A stretch of 64,000 bases of DNA, from NCBI RefSeq assembly GCF_963921235.1, contig NC_086097.1:129334001-129398000 (forward strand), read 5' to 3'. The notes under the pieces are model-generated. The model had not been told where the DNA came from and did no database searches. It worked only from the letters and a program-made list of their open reading frames with translations. The DNA comes from Mobula hypostoma. Taxonomy: Eukaryota. A program made the translations under genes and the position numbers. Of the stretch, positions 12,601-24,550 are shown piece by piece (position 1 is the first letter of the stretch; every line of letters begins with the position of its first letter).

Positions 12601-14284
12601 TGTATTTTCTTTCATTATTATTATTATTATTATCCTTCTTTTCCTTTTCGTATTTGCACAGTTTGTTGTTTTTTTTTCACATTGGTTGTTGGATGCAGTC
12701 CTGTTACGTACAGTCTTTCATTTATTCTGGTATTTTTTGTATTTACTGTAAATGCCCACAAAAAAATGCATCTCTGGGTTGTAAGTAGTAACGTATATAT
12801 ACTTTGATAATACATTAACAGGAATACCTCAGTGTTAAGTAGTGCTGCTAAAATTGTAATAGAGATTTTCACCTGATTAATTATAATCCAGAGTGTTAAT
12901 CTAAACTCCATTCTGTTGATACATAGCTGTAGAGAGCAGCAGATTGAGTATAGTTTACTTATGTTTTTTTTAAACTTAATATTCAAAATATGGGATAGTT
13001 CTGACTCTATCTTATTGGGTGTAGTTGTGGTTAAGTTACTGAACAAGTAGCAAGATGCTTGGGCCTTGATCCAAGACACGTGTTTGAATAGCATTCGGTG
13101 TAGAATTGAAATTTAGATTAAAGCTGGAATAAAAATGTTAATTTCCATACTGATGATCATGTAATCATTAAATTCTTGTAAATGTACATCACTAATGCCT
13201 TCGGGGAAATAAACCTTCCATTTTCATTTGCCCTTGCCATAAAGCTTCACACCCCACCAAAGTTTACAGACCTCATGCAGGTAAAGAGATAACATAGACA
13301 GGGTGGGCAACAGCAGTTGTTTCTTCGTTGTGTGATCTATGACTCTATGATTTTGAAGTTGCCAGTACTGTCAGTAGTCCTATGTGCCAGCCATTCCAAT
13401 AATTTTTTGATTGCATGATTTGTTGATATTGTCCAACATGTTCTATCAAGGAGCTGAAAATCTCCAAAGAACCCTTGTTTCAACTGTAATGTTGTTTTAG
13501 ATGTTTAAAGGATCAAAGCCATTGTACCAGTAAAACAAGTTTTATCTTTTTAACTTAGAAATGTTCTCATTATTTGTAATTTTTGGATTGATAGCCTCTG
13601 TGTAGACAAAGGCTCTCACTGCTTACTTGCTTTCCTATTCACTTCTATTCCAGTCCATGATCCTGTACTTTTCATCTGGGCATGAAATATCTGATGATGT
13701 GTTTCAGTATGAAGTATAGGCAATTTCAGTGGCCCCTCTCACACCAAGATCAACTTCCCAGCTGAACTTCAAGAGAATAATTTCCAAACAACATGATACA
13801 TTTAAGTTGTATCGTAGTTTTTTAAAGTCTGTTTTCGCTAAATTAAGACTGATCTTTAAATTTGATCATTCATCACTTCATTTTGAAGCATAGTCAAGTT
13901 ACTTAACACACAAGAAGCTTGCACAGAACAGCAATGTAACGGTGCCACAACAAAATAGCATTCCCTCAGCAGTGTGTTGGAGCATCAGAGACCTTCGACC
14001 ACATTTTTAGAATGAAACATAAATTTCTGACTTCAAGCCTTGGAGATAAAAGTGTTACCATCTCTTGCTGCTTTCATGTTAATAATGAAATGGGAATTAT
14101 GTGCTTACTGGTTTGGTGCATTGTACCTCTGCAGATTCTTTCAAGGCCCATATAATAGAACCCACCTGCAACTTCGAATTTTCTCCCCTTGACTTATTCT
14201 AAGGCATTAGTACCGAATCTACTCAATACATTCTGTCAGGTAGTGAATAGCAATTCTGCATGAAGGAAATAACTGATCACATTT

Positions 14285-15295
14285 GGCACTGTGGAGCAGC
14301 TGTGAAGTGGCTGCCTCACTGCTCCTGGGAACCAGGTTCAATTCTGAGTTTCGGTCTACATGTGTGGAGTCTGCACGTTCTCCTCGTGACCTTGTGGGTT
14401 TCCACTGGGTGCTCTGCTTTCCTAACACATCCCAAAGAGATGTTGGTTGACAGGACTAAACACATCTATATTCACGTCATTCTACAGATGTGCAGTGGAT
14501 AGCATCCCTAACATGCTACATCATGGCATGGTACAGAAAGTGTTCTGCATCAGACAGGAAGGCTCTACAATAAGCAACCAATACTGCTTAACACATCGCC
14601 AGGCACCAACCTACCCGCCATCAGTGACATACATATATACAGAAAGGTGGCAGAAAAGGGTCATTAATGTCATGATGGATCCCACCCAGCCTGCTCATGG
14701 ACCATTTGTCGCACTCCCACCAGGAGGAGGCTACGTAACTTCCACGCTAGGACCACCAGACTCGAAAACAATTACTTTCCCCAAGCAGAAAGGCGGATCA
14801 ACATCTCCACCCACTAACCCACCCTTCCACTCCCCCCCACCATCACTACTTTATCATTTCCAGTCAGTCACCTTATGTACAAACACTCCTGTACCTAGTG
14901 TCTCTTTATGGATGTACAGTACATTAAAACTATGTATATAAGCTACCTTATGTATTTATATTTTCTGTTATTTTTATTTTTGTGTTCCTTATCCTATTGT
15001 GTTTTTGTAATGCTGCATTGAATCCAAAGCAACAATTATTTTGTTCCCCTTTACAGTTGTGTACTGGAAATGACATTAAACAATTTTGAAGCTTGAATCT
15101 TGAATCTTAATTGGCTACTGTAAGTTGCCTCCAAGTGTGAAGGCAAAAGGCAGAGTGTAGGAGGGAATTGATGGGAATGTGGGGAGGATAAAGAGAAAAG
15201 GGTTAGGGTAGGATTAGTGTTAAAATGAGTACTTAATGGTTGGTACAGGCTTGTTGGGCCAAAGGGACTGTTTCATGCTGTACCCTTCTCTGATT
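14285..15295 (+). mobile_element. HE1-type V-SINE interrupted by a Rex-type insertion
   Basis: tRNA-like head, then the V-domain gtgtggagtctgcacgttctcctcgtgaccttgtgggtttcc. Resumes at about 15108 (ttaattggctactgtaagttgcc) and ends in a CR1-like tail (gggccaaagggactgtttc). Confidence 0.8.
14452..15107 (+). mobile_element. Rex1/Babar 3' fragment nested in the HE1 SINE
   Basis: TSFYRCAVDSI motif (ORF 14447) and a 3' tail ending in ttgaatcttgaatc. Confidence 0.75.
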
Positions 15296-15999
15296 TCATG
15301 GCCTTTGCTGCCTCAGAAGGTGGTAAATACAAAGAACCACAGCATATTCAAACAGTACCTGGATATGGATTTGAAGGACTACGACTTCATACCTATGGAC
15401 CCATGCTATCAGACCTTCAGATACTGAAGGATGAGCTCTAGTTCATGATTCCCCAATCATGAACACTTTTGTTGTCTTCTTGTACTGCTCATTCTGTAAT
15501 ACTATATTAGGCTAAGGTAGCTCTTTTTAGAACAGCACATGGATAAGGGGCAGAATGGTTTCCACCTGTGTGATTACGTTGTTGTATGCCAAGTACCCAA
15601 CCAACTCTTCTGCAACCCGAAACAAGCTCAGCTACCATAAGAGGAATGGAAGATTTCCTTCTTGGTCTTTGGACGTGACTAATCTTTCATCACATTTCTC
15701 TCTGATGCCCTTGTGGAGAACTTTTAATCTGCAGATGAAACAAAAGACGCACTATTCTATCAGAAAAATGTGCGTGTTGTCCTCACCCACTCAGTGATGT
15801 TGTCGTACAGTGTCACAAGCTGTCAAGTTCCATGCCCTGGGAGACAATTATCTCTCAATTGTGTGTCGAAGTTACAAATACAGCGACATAAGCAAGACGA
15901 GTTCTGACTCTTAAATTTTAGTTGAATTTTGTGTCAGGTTTATATTATTGTGGAAGGCGATAAGCCCACAAGAGTATTAATGAATGTAACACTCACTTT

Positions 16000-17047
16000 A
16001 TGCTTATGACTGTGAGGCTAAGCATGGCTCCAATGCCAAACTTGAGTTTGCTAACAACACCACTGCCGTTGGCTGAATCAAAGATGGTGACAATTCTGCA
16101 TATAGGAGGAAGATTGAAAATCTGGCCGAGTGGTGCCACAACAACTCAGTAAAACCAAGGAGCTGATAATTGATTATAGGAGGAAGAAACTGCAGGTCCA
16201 TGAGTCAGTTCTCATACGGGGATCAGGGGTGGAGGGAGTCAGCAACATTTAAATTCCTCAGCGTTATCATTACAGAGAGTCTGTCCTGGGTCCAGCATGG
16301 CAGTGTCTTTACAACAAAGGCACAGCAATGTCTCTACTTTCTTAGAAGTTTGCCAAGATTCGGTATGTCATCTAAAACTATGCCAAACTTCTATAGATGT
16401 ATGGTGGAGAACACATTGATTGGCTGCATCATGACTTGGTATGGAGACACCAATGCACTTGAACAGAAAAGCCTACAAGAAGTAGTGGATGCAGCCCAGT
16501 CCATCACAGGTGAAGCCCACCCCACCGTCAAGCACATCTACATGGAACGCCGTCACAGGAAAGCAGCGTCCATTATCAAGGAGCCCCCACCATCCAGACC
16601 ATGCTCTCTCGTCCACTGCTGCCATCAGGAAGGAGGGAGAGGAGCCTCAGGTCCCACACGAGCAGGTTCAGGAATAGTTATTACCCCTCAACCATCAGGC
16701 TCTTCATTCATGAGGATATCTTCATTCAACTTCACTGAACTGATACCACAAACTATAGACTCACTTTCAAGGACTTTTCAACTTCTGTTCTTATTGCTTA
16801 TTTATTTATTTGTTTATTTATTTATTTATTTACTTATTGTTACTATTTTGGTCTCTTTCTCTCTTTTTGTATTTGCACAGCTTGCTGTCTTGTGCATGTT
16901 GCTTGTTTGTCTTTGTTGTGTCCTGTTTGTCAATGATCCTGTTGTGTTTCTTTGTATTTATTGTGAATGCCCACAAGAAAATGAATCTCAGGGTTGTGTA
17001 TGGTGACATATATGTACTTAGATAATAAATTTACTTTGGACTTTGAA
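16000..17047 (+). mobile_element. Rex1/Babar LINE 3' fragment
   Basis: FKFLSVII..SLSW..H...TKAQQCLYFLRSL..F...NFYRCMVENTLIGCIMTWYG (ORF 16170); tail gataataaatttactttggactttga. Confidence 0.85.
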
Positions 17048-18653
17048 ATTTTTAACTTAATACTTCAGAACCCAACCATTGCTTTATATGGTTAATATCA
17101 TAGTTTCAAACTCTCTGCCAGAAGGTTGGCAGAAGTCCCTGGTGAAATGGCATAAATGGCAGAGCTATTTCCATCCTGCCTCTCAGTGCTGGAGTGGTCT
17201 CACTGATCTTATAGAATGAGATCAGAAGAAAAAAGAACAAGTCTCTGTCATATCCCGTTCTAGTAAATGAATTGCTCAAGCTAAATGCTACTTGACATGC
17301 ATAAGAAAACACTTTGCTACCTCAGTGTTGAAGCTCTCTTTGCTCACAACACCTCTGAGCATGACGTTAGTGGCTGCCCTCACAGGTCACCCTGGGCCTC
17401 ATTGTCAGATTATGTTGCTAATGCTCCTTTTGATCTTCTGTTATGTTAAATAGATAAATAGAGAAAAAGGAAAAGAAAAGAAAATCACAAAATGAGGGGG
17501 TGATTTTACACAAAATTTAATCTAATTAGTTAACCTTACTGTAGGTAAGTCCAAGAAAATCAAAGATCTAAAAGAGACTGTAACAATTTTTAGATGTACC
17601 TGATGGCCAAAGACATTTTAAAAACCATTAAAATGGATCTAATTCCCTGTAAGCTATCAAAATATTATTTTTAAAATTAAACTGAAAACCAACAAGTAAT
17701 TAAAATGGTAAGCGTACATTTGACTCCATTCAAATGTATGGGCCCACTGTGCAGAAACCAGCCCTCCACTGCATAAAGTTGAGAGTGGAGGTGCACTGAA
17801 CTGGGTCCTCTCCTCTGCATGGTAGTGCTTTATCACTGGGCTCTATGGTAAGTCTAGCTGGAGAGGACCATCCCATCTGTGTAGAAGTCTGAAATTTCCT
17901 AAAGCATGAATGGCTGCCAATCGAAAGTTCCCCAATGACATTTAGTCACCCTCACCAATTTCCTCCAGAAAGGTTTGCAAAAATATCCTCTATTTTGGAC
18001 AGAGGGTATTGATCTACTTTTAGTACTGGGTTGATGGTGACCTTAAAATCCACCACAGGTCCTGACAAACCCATTCATCTTAGCTACTGAAACCACTGTC
18101 ATTCCCCCTGGGCTTCACTTAACCTAAGAAGGAATACTTTCAGCCTCCATGCGACGTTGAAATTTTGTTCACACCCACTTTCATTCCTGACTGTATTTCA
18201 ATTGTTTCTCTGTCTGCTGTTTCCATTGGTACAGTAATTTCAACTGCTCGTTTAAATGTTAAGTTTTGCTTCAGTTAGGAGCCATTTTTGAATACTTTCC
18301 TGTAAGGTTCCACAAACTAAGCAATCTCTCAGTGCATCATTAAGCCCATTACCAAACTGACAATGATCAGACAACTTTTTCAATTCAGCCATGTATGCTC
18401 AAATGGACTCCACTTCCTTTTGATTCCTTTTATGAAACCTAAAGTGTTCTGCAATCAACAATGGTGTCAGTTCTAAATGTTCCTGCATTACTTTCATTTT
18501 GACCAGTTTGGTTGAATCATTCAAACTTCAAAGCAAACTGTTAATTTTTTCACCCAATGCACTCAGCAAAACTGGCACTCACTTTTCATTTGCTTCAAAA
18601 TACTGCTCCATTTGTTCTGTATAAAGCAGCCAGTTATCTTTTGTGTAATCAAA

Positions 18654-19203
18654 TAGAAACATAGAAAACATAGAAAATAGGTGCAGGAGTAGGCCATTCG
18701 GCCCTTCGAAGGGCCATATCTAACTCCCTCTTAAATATAGCCAATGAACTGGCCTCAACTGTTTCCTGTGGCAGAGAATTCCACAGATTCACCACTCTCT
18801 GTGTGAAGAAGTTTTTCCTAATCTCAGTCCTAAAAGGCTTCCCCTCTATCCTCAAACTGTGACCCCTCGTTCTGGACTTCCCCAACATCGGGAACAATCT
18901 TCCTGCATCTAGCCTGTCCAATCCCTTTAGGATTTTATACGTTTCAATCAGATCCCCCCTCAATCTTCTAAATTCCAACGAGTACAAGCCCAGTTCATCC
19001 AGTCTTTCTTCATATGAAAGTCCTGCCATCCCAGGAATCAATCTGGTGAACCTTCTTTGTACTCCCTCTATGGCAAGGATATCTTTCCTCAGATTAGGGG
19101 ACCAAAACTGCACACAATACTCCAGGTGTGGTCTCACCAAGGCCTTGTACAACTGCAGTAGTACCTCCCTGCTCCTGTACTCGAATCCTCTCGCTATAAA
19201 TGC
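18654..19203 (-). mobile_element. Young, 5'-truncated CR1 LINE inserted in Gypsy gag
   Basis: IARGFEYRSREVLLQLYKALVRPHLEYCVQFWSP...LRGDLIETYKI; about 98.5% identical to 27241-27735; (TCTATGTTT)-like tail. Confidence 0.95.
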
Positions 19204-19474
19204 ATCTATGTTTTCAATGTAGCCAGCCATTTCTGCTTATTTAAACATTTATTATTATTATCGCCTGGTACACACTGTTTATAAACCTGTGAATTCATCT
19301 ATATTCTGCCTGGTTTTTTACTCTAATGTCTCTGTCCATTCCCAAAGAAGCACGTGTTGCACTGTTTTTTCACTCATTCATTTCTTGCTGCGCTTTCTCC
19401 AAACTCTTTCATCTCACTGTGCGACAACTGGTACATAGTCATCTTGGGTTTGTTTAAAACTTCTTCATTGCCAC

Positions 19475-19719
19475 TGTTATGTTTTGTAACTCCAAACATA
19501 AAGCTAATTGAAAATGAAAACATGGAGCCAGGAGCAATAGAATACATTTCATTTTTACTTTAAGTGAGACGTGCACATATGACCTGGTCATGTGATGACA
19601 TATGCCATTCACATACTTTTATATACAACCCATAATGAATTATTTAAATGAACACTAATGCTAAATAAAACAATAATATTACTCAAATGCAGTATTTCTG
19701 AAATATTAAATACACAACA
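19475..19719 (-). repeat. Gypsy 5' LTR (about 245 bp)
   Basis: TG...CA termini with a short inverted repeat (tgttgtg...cataaca), immediately followed by a PBS-like sequence. Confidence 0.75.
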
Positions 19720-20069
19720 ACATACAGCTACCAAAAGGGACTGCAGATGATGGGAAACTGAAACTGTTGGCATTGCTCAAGTAATAAACCCTAGTCAGGA
19801 CATCATGAACATTACCTCTGCGTCTTTAGAAGACCCATTTGTGAGAACAGGCAACTCTAAACCTTCATCCTCTTTAATGGCAACACCATCAATACTGCAG
19901 TCCTGCAGTGTTGCAGACGAGGATCACGTGATCTGATCCTTGAACATGGAGCCTTCTGATTCAGCCATAAGATATTTTAGCAAGGCTGAAAAAGAAGCAA
20001 TTGTACCATCAATGAGATAAAAGAACAGAAATGCCTGGTGTTTTTTATTGCTACTCTAGATCACAAATA

Positions 20070-20380
20070 TAATCACTCAGCCTTCAGCCTAACCCACCAA
20101 TGCGACCAAGGTCCCTTTCTGGAGTAGACCTGTTTGGCCCATAACCCTCCAAATCTTTCCTATCCACGTACCTATCTAAATGCTTTAAGTATATATCTCC
20201 CTCCACCACTTCCTTTGATAGCTCATTCCATATACCCACCACCCACTGTGAGAAAAAAGTTGCCCCTGTGGTCCCTTCTAATATTTTCCCCTTTCATCTT
20301 AAATAGCCTTTGAGACCATCCACCCTACCCATGCCCCTCATGATTCTATAATGTCAACACTCAGCCTCATATGATCCATC
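20070..20380 (-). mobile_element. CR1 3' fragment
   Basis: ttggcccataaccctccaaatctttcctatccacgtacctatctaaatg...cccaccacccactgtgagaaaaaagttgcc. Confidence 0.65.
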
Positions 20381-21424
20381 ATCAAAGCTATTCAAGAAAT
20401 ATGTTCATTAAAACAGTGCTCATGTTTCCTTAACACTGACTCTACCATCTCTTTGCATCAAGGTTAAATAAGAAAAATCAATTCATAATAATGTTCTGTT
20501 AAGCATAAAATCAGTTCATCTTGAAACTGTCCTTCCCTGTGAAATCTCTGGGACCAATTCTCATAAAAGCATGTATGAGGATTTTCCACCTTCCAAAATT
20601 ACTGAAGTAAAAATAACCGAGTCTGTCTCAGTAATTTCCTGTTTGGGCCTTTAATCTGAATACTTAACTTCACTGCTCTGAGATTATTCCACAACACTTG
20701 CTTGCAAACTTGCAGAACTCTTGCCAGAGGTGGATTTTCCCAGCGAAACACATTAAGGCCTTAACAAGAACTCACTGGAGATACATTAAGGGCTGGATTT
20801 TCCAACAATTTCTTAATTTTTAAATCACACAAAAATAATAAAAATTCCCCATCCTGTTTCTTCCAATCCACAGACACATTAAAACCCCTGGCTAAACTGG
20901 CACCCCTCTCTGCCCTACCTGTTGCATGCAGATGTGATTCATTAATGAAATGGCATTCTCTAAAGAGGTGCATTCCAATTGATTGGTTCCCACAGTTAAG
21001 TAATTAATCACAGTGAGTGAAACAGGCATACCCTTGGAACTGCTCCAGGAAAGCATGATGATGATATTGGGTGTCATAGTCGGAAGCAGTTGAACTGGAT
21101 GTGATATATGATAGTTTCTAAGCTGCTTAGCCTAAAGAATATGCGCACAAAGGATAGGAAGTAACCTAGGATGCGTAAAGCCATAAATAATAACATTCAA
21201 TTTTAATGTAACTAGTCATCCCCAGGAACATTATCAATTTGTATACATTAGTCAAAAAGGAAGCTTCAATGGAATGCAATAGGGGAGGAAAGAGAGCAAC
21301 AGAGTTTGGGGAAGGGCTTGGAGGGAACGTCCAGAGTTTGAGTCTTAGGTACCTTTGAATCTAACAAAAGCCAGCAACCACGAGGGTAATGAGTGAATGG
21401 AACTTAGTATGGCAGAATTTTAGA

Positions 21425-21860
21425 AGACCATAAGATATAGGAACAGAATTAGGCCATTTGGCCCATTGCATCTGCTCCACCACTTCAACATGGCTGGTAC
21501 AATTTTTCTCTCAGCCCCAATCTCCTACCTTCTCCCCATATCCCTTCATTCCCTGACCACTTCAAGAATCGATCAACCTCTGCCTTGAATATACATAGAC
21601 TTGGCTCCACAGCTGCCTGTGGCAGGAATTCAACAGATTCACTACTCTCTGGCGAAAGAAATCCCTCCTCATCTCCATTCTAAAAGGATGTGCCCCGCTA
21701 TTCTCAGGATGTGCCCTCCAGTCTTAGACTCTCCACCAGAGGAAACATCCTCTTCACATCCACTCTATCAAGGTGTTTCACCATTCAATAGCTTTCAGTG
21801 AGGTCACCCCTAATTCTTCTGAATTCTAGACCCAGATCCATCAAATGCTCTTCATATGAC
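21425..21860 (-). mobile_element. CR1 3' fragment
   Basis: gaccataagatataggaacagaattaggccatttggccc tail plus ORF2 C-terminal DNA. Confidence 0.8.
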
Positions 21861-21975
21861 TGGGGGGGGGGGTTGGAGGGGGGAGTGTGCTAAGCAAGTG
21901 CTACAATTCCCCCAAGGGTGACCTGTAGGCTAGCAGAAGGAAGGAGCACCTTACTCCTGCTTTGGTAGAGATGTA

Positions 21976-22458
21976 TGAGGGGTGATTGATAAGTTCATGG
22001 CCTATGGTAGAAGGAGTCAATTTTTAAAAACCTAGCATATTCATTTTTCAACATAGTCCCCTCCTACATGTACACACTTAGTCCAGCGGTTGTGGAGCAT
22101 ACAGATCCCTTCTTTGTAGAAGTGGTCCACAGCAGGGTGATTGATAAGTTCGTGGCCTAGGGTAGAAGGAGATGAGTTATACAGCTCTCGTTACATGCAC
22201 GTGCAGTTCAACTCTTTGAGTGAAAATGCAGAAAGTTTGAAGTTTCTCCTCATCTTCTTCTACTTTAGGCCATGAACTTATCAAACACCCCGCTGCGGAC
22301 CACTTCTGGAGGTCCAAGACGCCGACTTCTACAAAGAAGGGATCCGTATGCTCCACGACCGCTGGACTGTGTGTGTAAATGTAGGAAAAATAAATATGCT
22401 AGGTTTTCTAAAATTGACTCCTTCTGCCTTGGGCCACGAACTTATCAATCACCCCTCG
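21976..22458. mobile_element. Mariner-derived palindromic MITE with TA TSD
   Basis: TA|tgaggggtgattgataagtt ... aacttatcaatcacccctcg|TA. The arms encode a mariner transposase C-terminus (FYKEGI.MLH.RWTKCV.VGGDYVEK*). Confidence 0.9.
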
Positions 22459-22744
22459 TATCTCCACCCCACCACCTGAAGATATAGTAGAGAATATAAT
22501 TGGGCAATCAACAATACTGTCCATAGTAGAGCAAAGTGACAATTCACTTGGAGAATATAGTATGTGCAAGAAACTGAAACTACATGAATTCCTCCAAATG
22601 AAAGCAAAACAATTTCTACATAAGAAAGCAATGAGTGATAATGGTCTATAAATAGTATGAATAAACCCAATCCCAGTCATGTACAGCAATACACATTAAA
22701 ATTATGTCTAATTGATGAGTCATCTGCTCACTAAAGAGCTAGGA

Positions 22745-23240
22745 AACAAATGTTAAGCAACCTCTTTGGTGAGACCACTCCTGGAATTATATATGGCAAT
22801 GGCAACAGAAGGAGAGCAGAAAAGTTTCACCAGAGTAAATCCTAGAGTGGAGGAATTCTACTCTGATGAAAGAGAAAAAAAAGGAGATTTCTTTGAAACT
22901 TATGATGTTCCTTGGGTGGTTGATGGGGTGGAAAGAGAGTTGATATTTTCCCTGGCTGAGTCATATAGAACCAAGGATCTTGTTTACAACTTAAGGGTTG
23001 GCAACTCAGCAATGAGGTGAGAAGGAACTTCCTCACCCAGAAATTGGTGAATCTTTGGAATTCTCAGCCCAAAGGCTTGTGGAGGCTCAAGTGTGGAGAA
23101 CAAACAAAAAGATCCAAGACTTTATGATATTAAACAAAACTACGTATTTTGAAAGTGGCATAGATAAAAGATTAACGGTAATATTGGAGCAGGTACAAGG
23201 GGCCAAATGGCCTCATCCTGCATCATACTCTGTGCCTACT
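22745..23240 (+). mobile_element. Old CR1 3' fragment
   Basis: LVRPLLE motif, aggtgagaaggaacttcctcacccag, and tail ggggccaaatggcctcatcctg. Confidence 0.7.
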
Positions 23241-23269
23241 ATGTTAACCAGTTTTCATTCAAAGCCTTC

Positions 23270-23875
23270 GAACAATAAACTCTTCTCAGGCTTCTAGCTG
23301 GGTACAGGTATTAATTATAAATGATGTTTCAATGACAGACTCTGCCATCTTCATCAAGGATGATCCCTGGGCATGTCTAGTCCGGTGGTATTTATGCCCC
23401 CATAGTCCTTCCCTCCTGGTTGGTTAGTCCTCATCCAATCAGGTTTCCGGTCTCCCATCTTGTTTACAATCGACTTCTAGTCCTTACGTAGAGAGAGATC
23501 TTTGTCCTTGTTAAAATTCTTTTCCTCTGGTTTTATTTCAATGGCTTCCTTCACCAGGCAGTCCCAAAACCCATTGGCGCGGCACAGTAGTCTTGTGCCA
23601 TTGAAGTCAATCCTATGGCCAGTGTGAATGCAGCCTTCTGCTACCACTGATTTCTCTAGGAAACCCAAATGGATACACCTCCTGTGCTCCTTAATGCGGG
23701 TTTTTGCCATTTGTCCGGTGTGGCCGAGATACACTGCTCCACATTCACAAGGAATCCTGTAAACGCCAGCTGACCTGGGTCCCAGGCCATCTTTGATCCA
23801 CATAAGCTGTGATTTGAGCTTCCTTACGGGTTTGTAGATAGTATTAATCCAGTATTTCTTCAGGATCCTGACAAT
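23270..23875 (-). mobile_element. Penelope-like element (Poseidon-type) 3' end: GIY-YIG endonuclease plus pLTR
   Basis: ORF 23477-23803 GVYRIPCECGAVYLGHTG...RIKEH...VKEAIEI...NFNKD. A hammerhead-like core lies downstream at 23322-23357. Confidence 0.9.
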
Positions 23876-23884
23876 ATAATTTGT

Positions 23885-24550
23885 ATTGGTATTAGAATTG
23901 GTTGATTATTGTCACATGTACCAAGATGCAGTGAAAAGCCTGTCTTGTACACTGTTAATGTAAATCATACAATGCATTGAGTTAGAATAAGGTAAAACAG
24001 TAACAATACCCAATAAAGAGTGCAGTGAAAGTAAATTACTGTAAGTAAATGATAAAGTTCAGATCATAACAAGGGAGATTGTGAGGTCAAAAATCCATCT
24101 TATCGTACAAGGGGATCCATTCAAGAGACTGAGAACAGTGGGATAGAAGCTGTTCTTGAGCCTGGTGGTGTGTGCTTTCAAGCTTTTGTATCTTCTGCCC
24201 GATACGAGGGGGGAGAAGAGAGGATGTTCAAGGTGGATGGGGTCTTCAATTATACAGGCTGATTTACTGAGGCAGCGAGAAATATAGACAGCCCGTCAGC
24301 TGGTTCCTGCCATTTCCACAGCTTTCTGCAGTTTCACGTGCAGCACATGCTTCAGAATAATTTTATCAGAGGTGCTGCAGCCTTTCGTCACTAACTGCAA
24401 TCTATTCATCAGAAAGTCAAGGATCCAGTTGCAGAGGGAGGAATTAACTCCGTGTTCAGAGCCTGGTGGTGAATTTTCTTGAGATAGTAGTGTTGAAAGC
24501 AGAACTGTGGTCAATAAACAATATTCTGACATAGGTGTCTTTACTGACCA
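23885..24550 (-). mobile_element. Rex1/Babar-derived deleted fragment
   Basis: SSLCNWILDFLMNRLQLV (ORF 24296-24532) joined to 3' end sequence and a (attggt)-like tail. Confidence 0.75.

Larger units (their letters stand above)
10610..12815 (+). mobile_element. Rex1/Babar 3' fragment split by R4/Dong-like insertions
   Basis: ORF 10582-10818 ends RHRSIRIQTARLRNSYYSSTIRLLN. The 3' UTR stops at about 10985 and resumes at about 12615 (gtatttgcacagtttgttg...tactttgataat), as in the uninterrupted copy at 16000-17047. Confidence 0.75.
17960..19719 (-). mobile_element. Internally deleted Ty3/Gypsy LTR retrotransposon (LTR, PBS, gag, start of RT)
   Basis: Minus strand: LTR, then PBS-like gtggcaatgaag, then gag starting MAGYIENIDAF at 19230 and continuing DYTKDNWLLYTEQMEQYFEA...LLIAEHFRFHKRNQKE...LNDALRDCLVCG after the CR1 insert. 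It then jumps to RT KVTINPVLKVDQYPLSKIEDIFANLSGG at about 17960-18050. Confidence 0.85.

Noticed and set aside
14285..14360. tRNA-like sequence
   Set aside because: It is the head of an HE1-type SINE; no complete cloverleaf.
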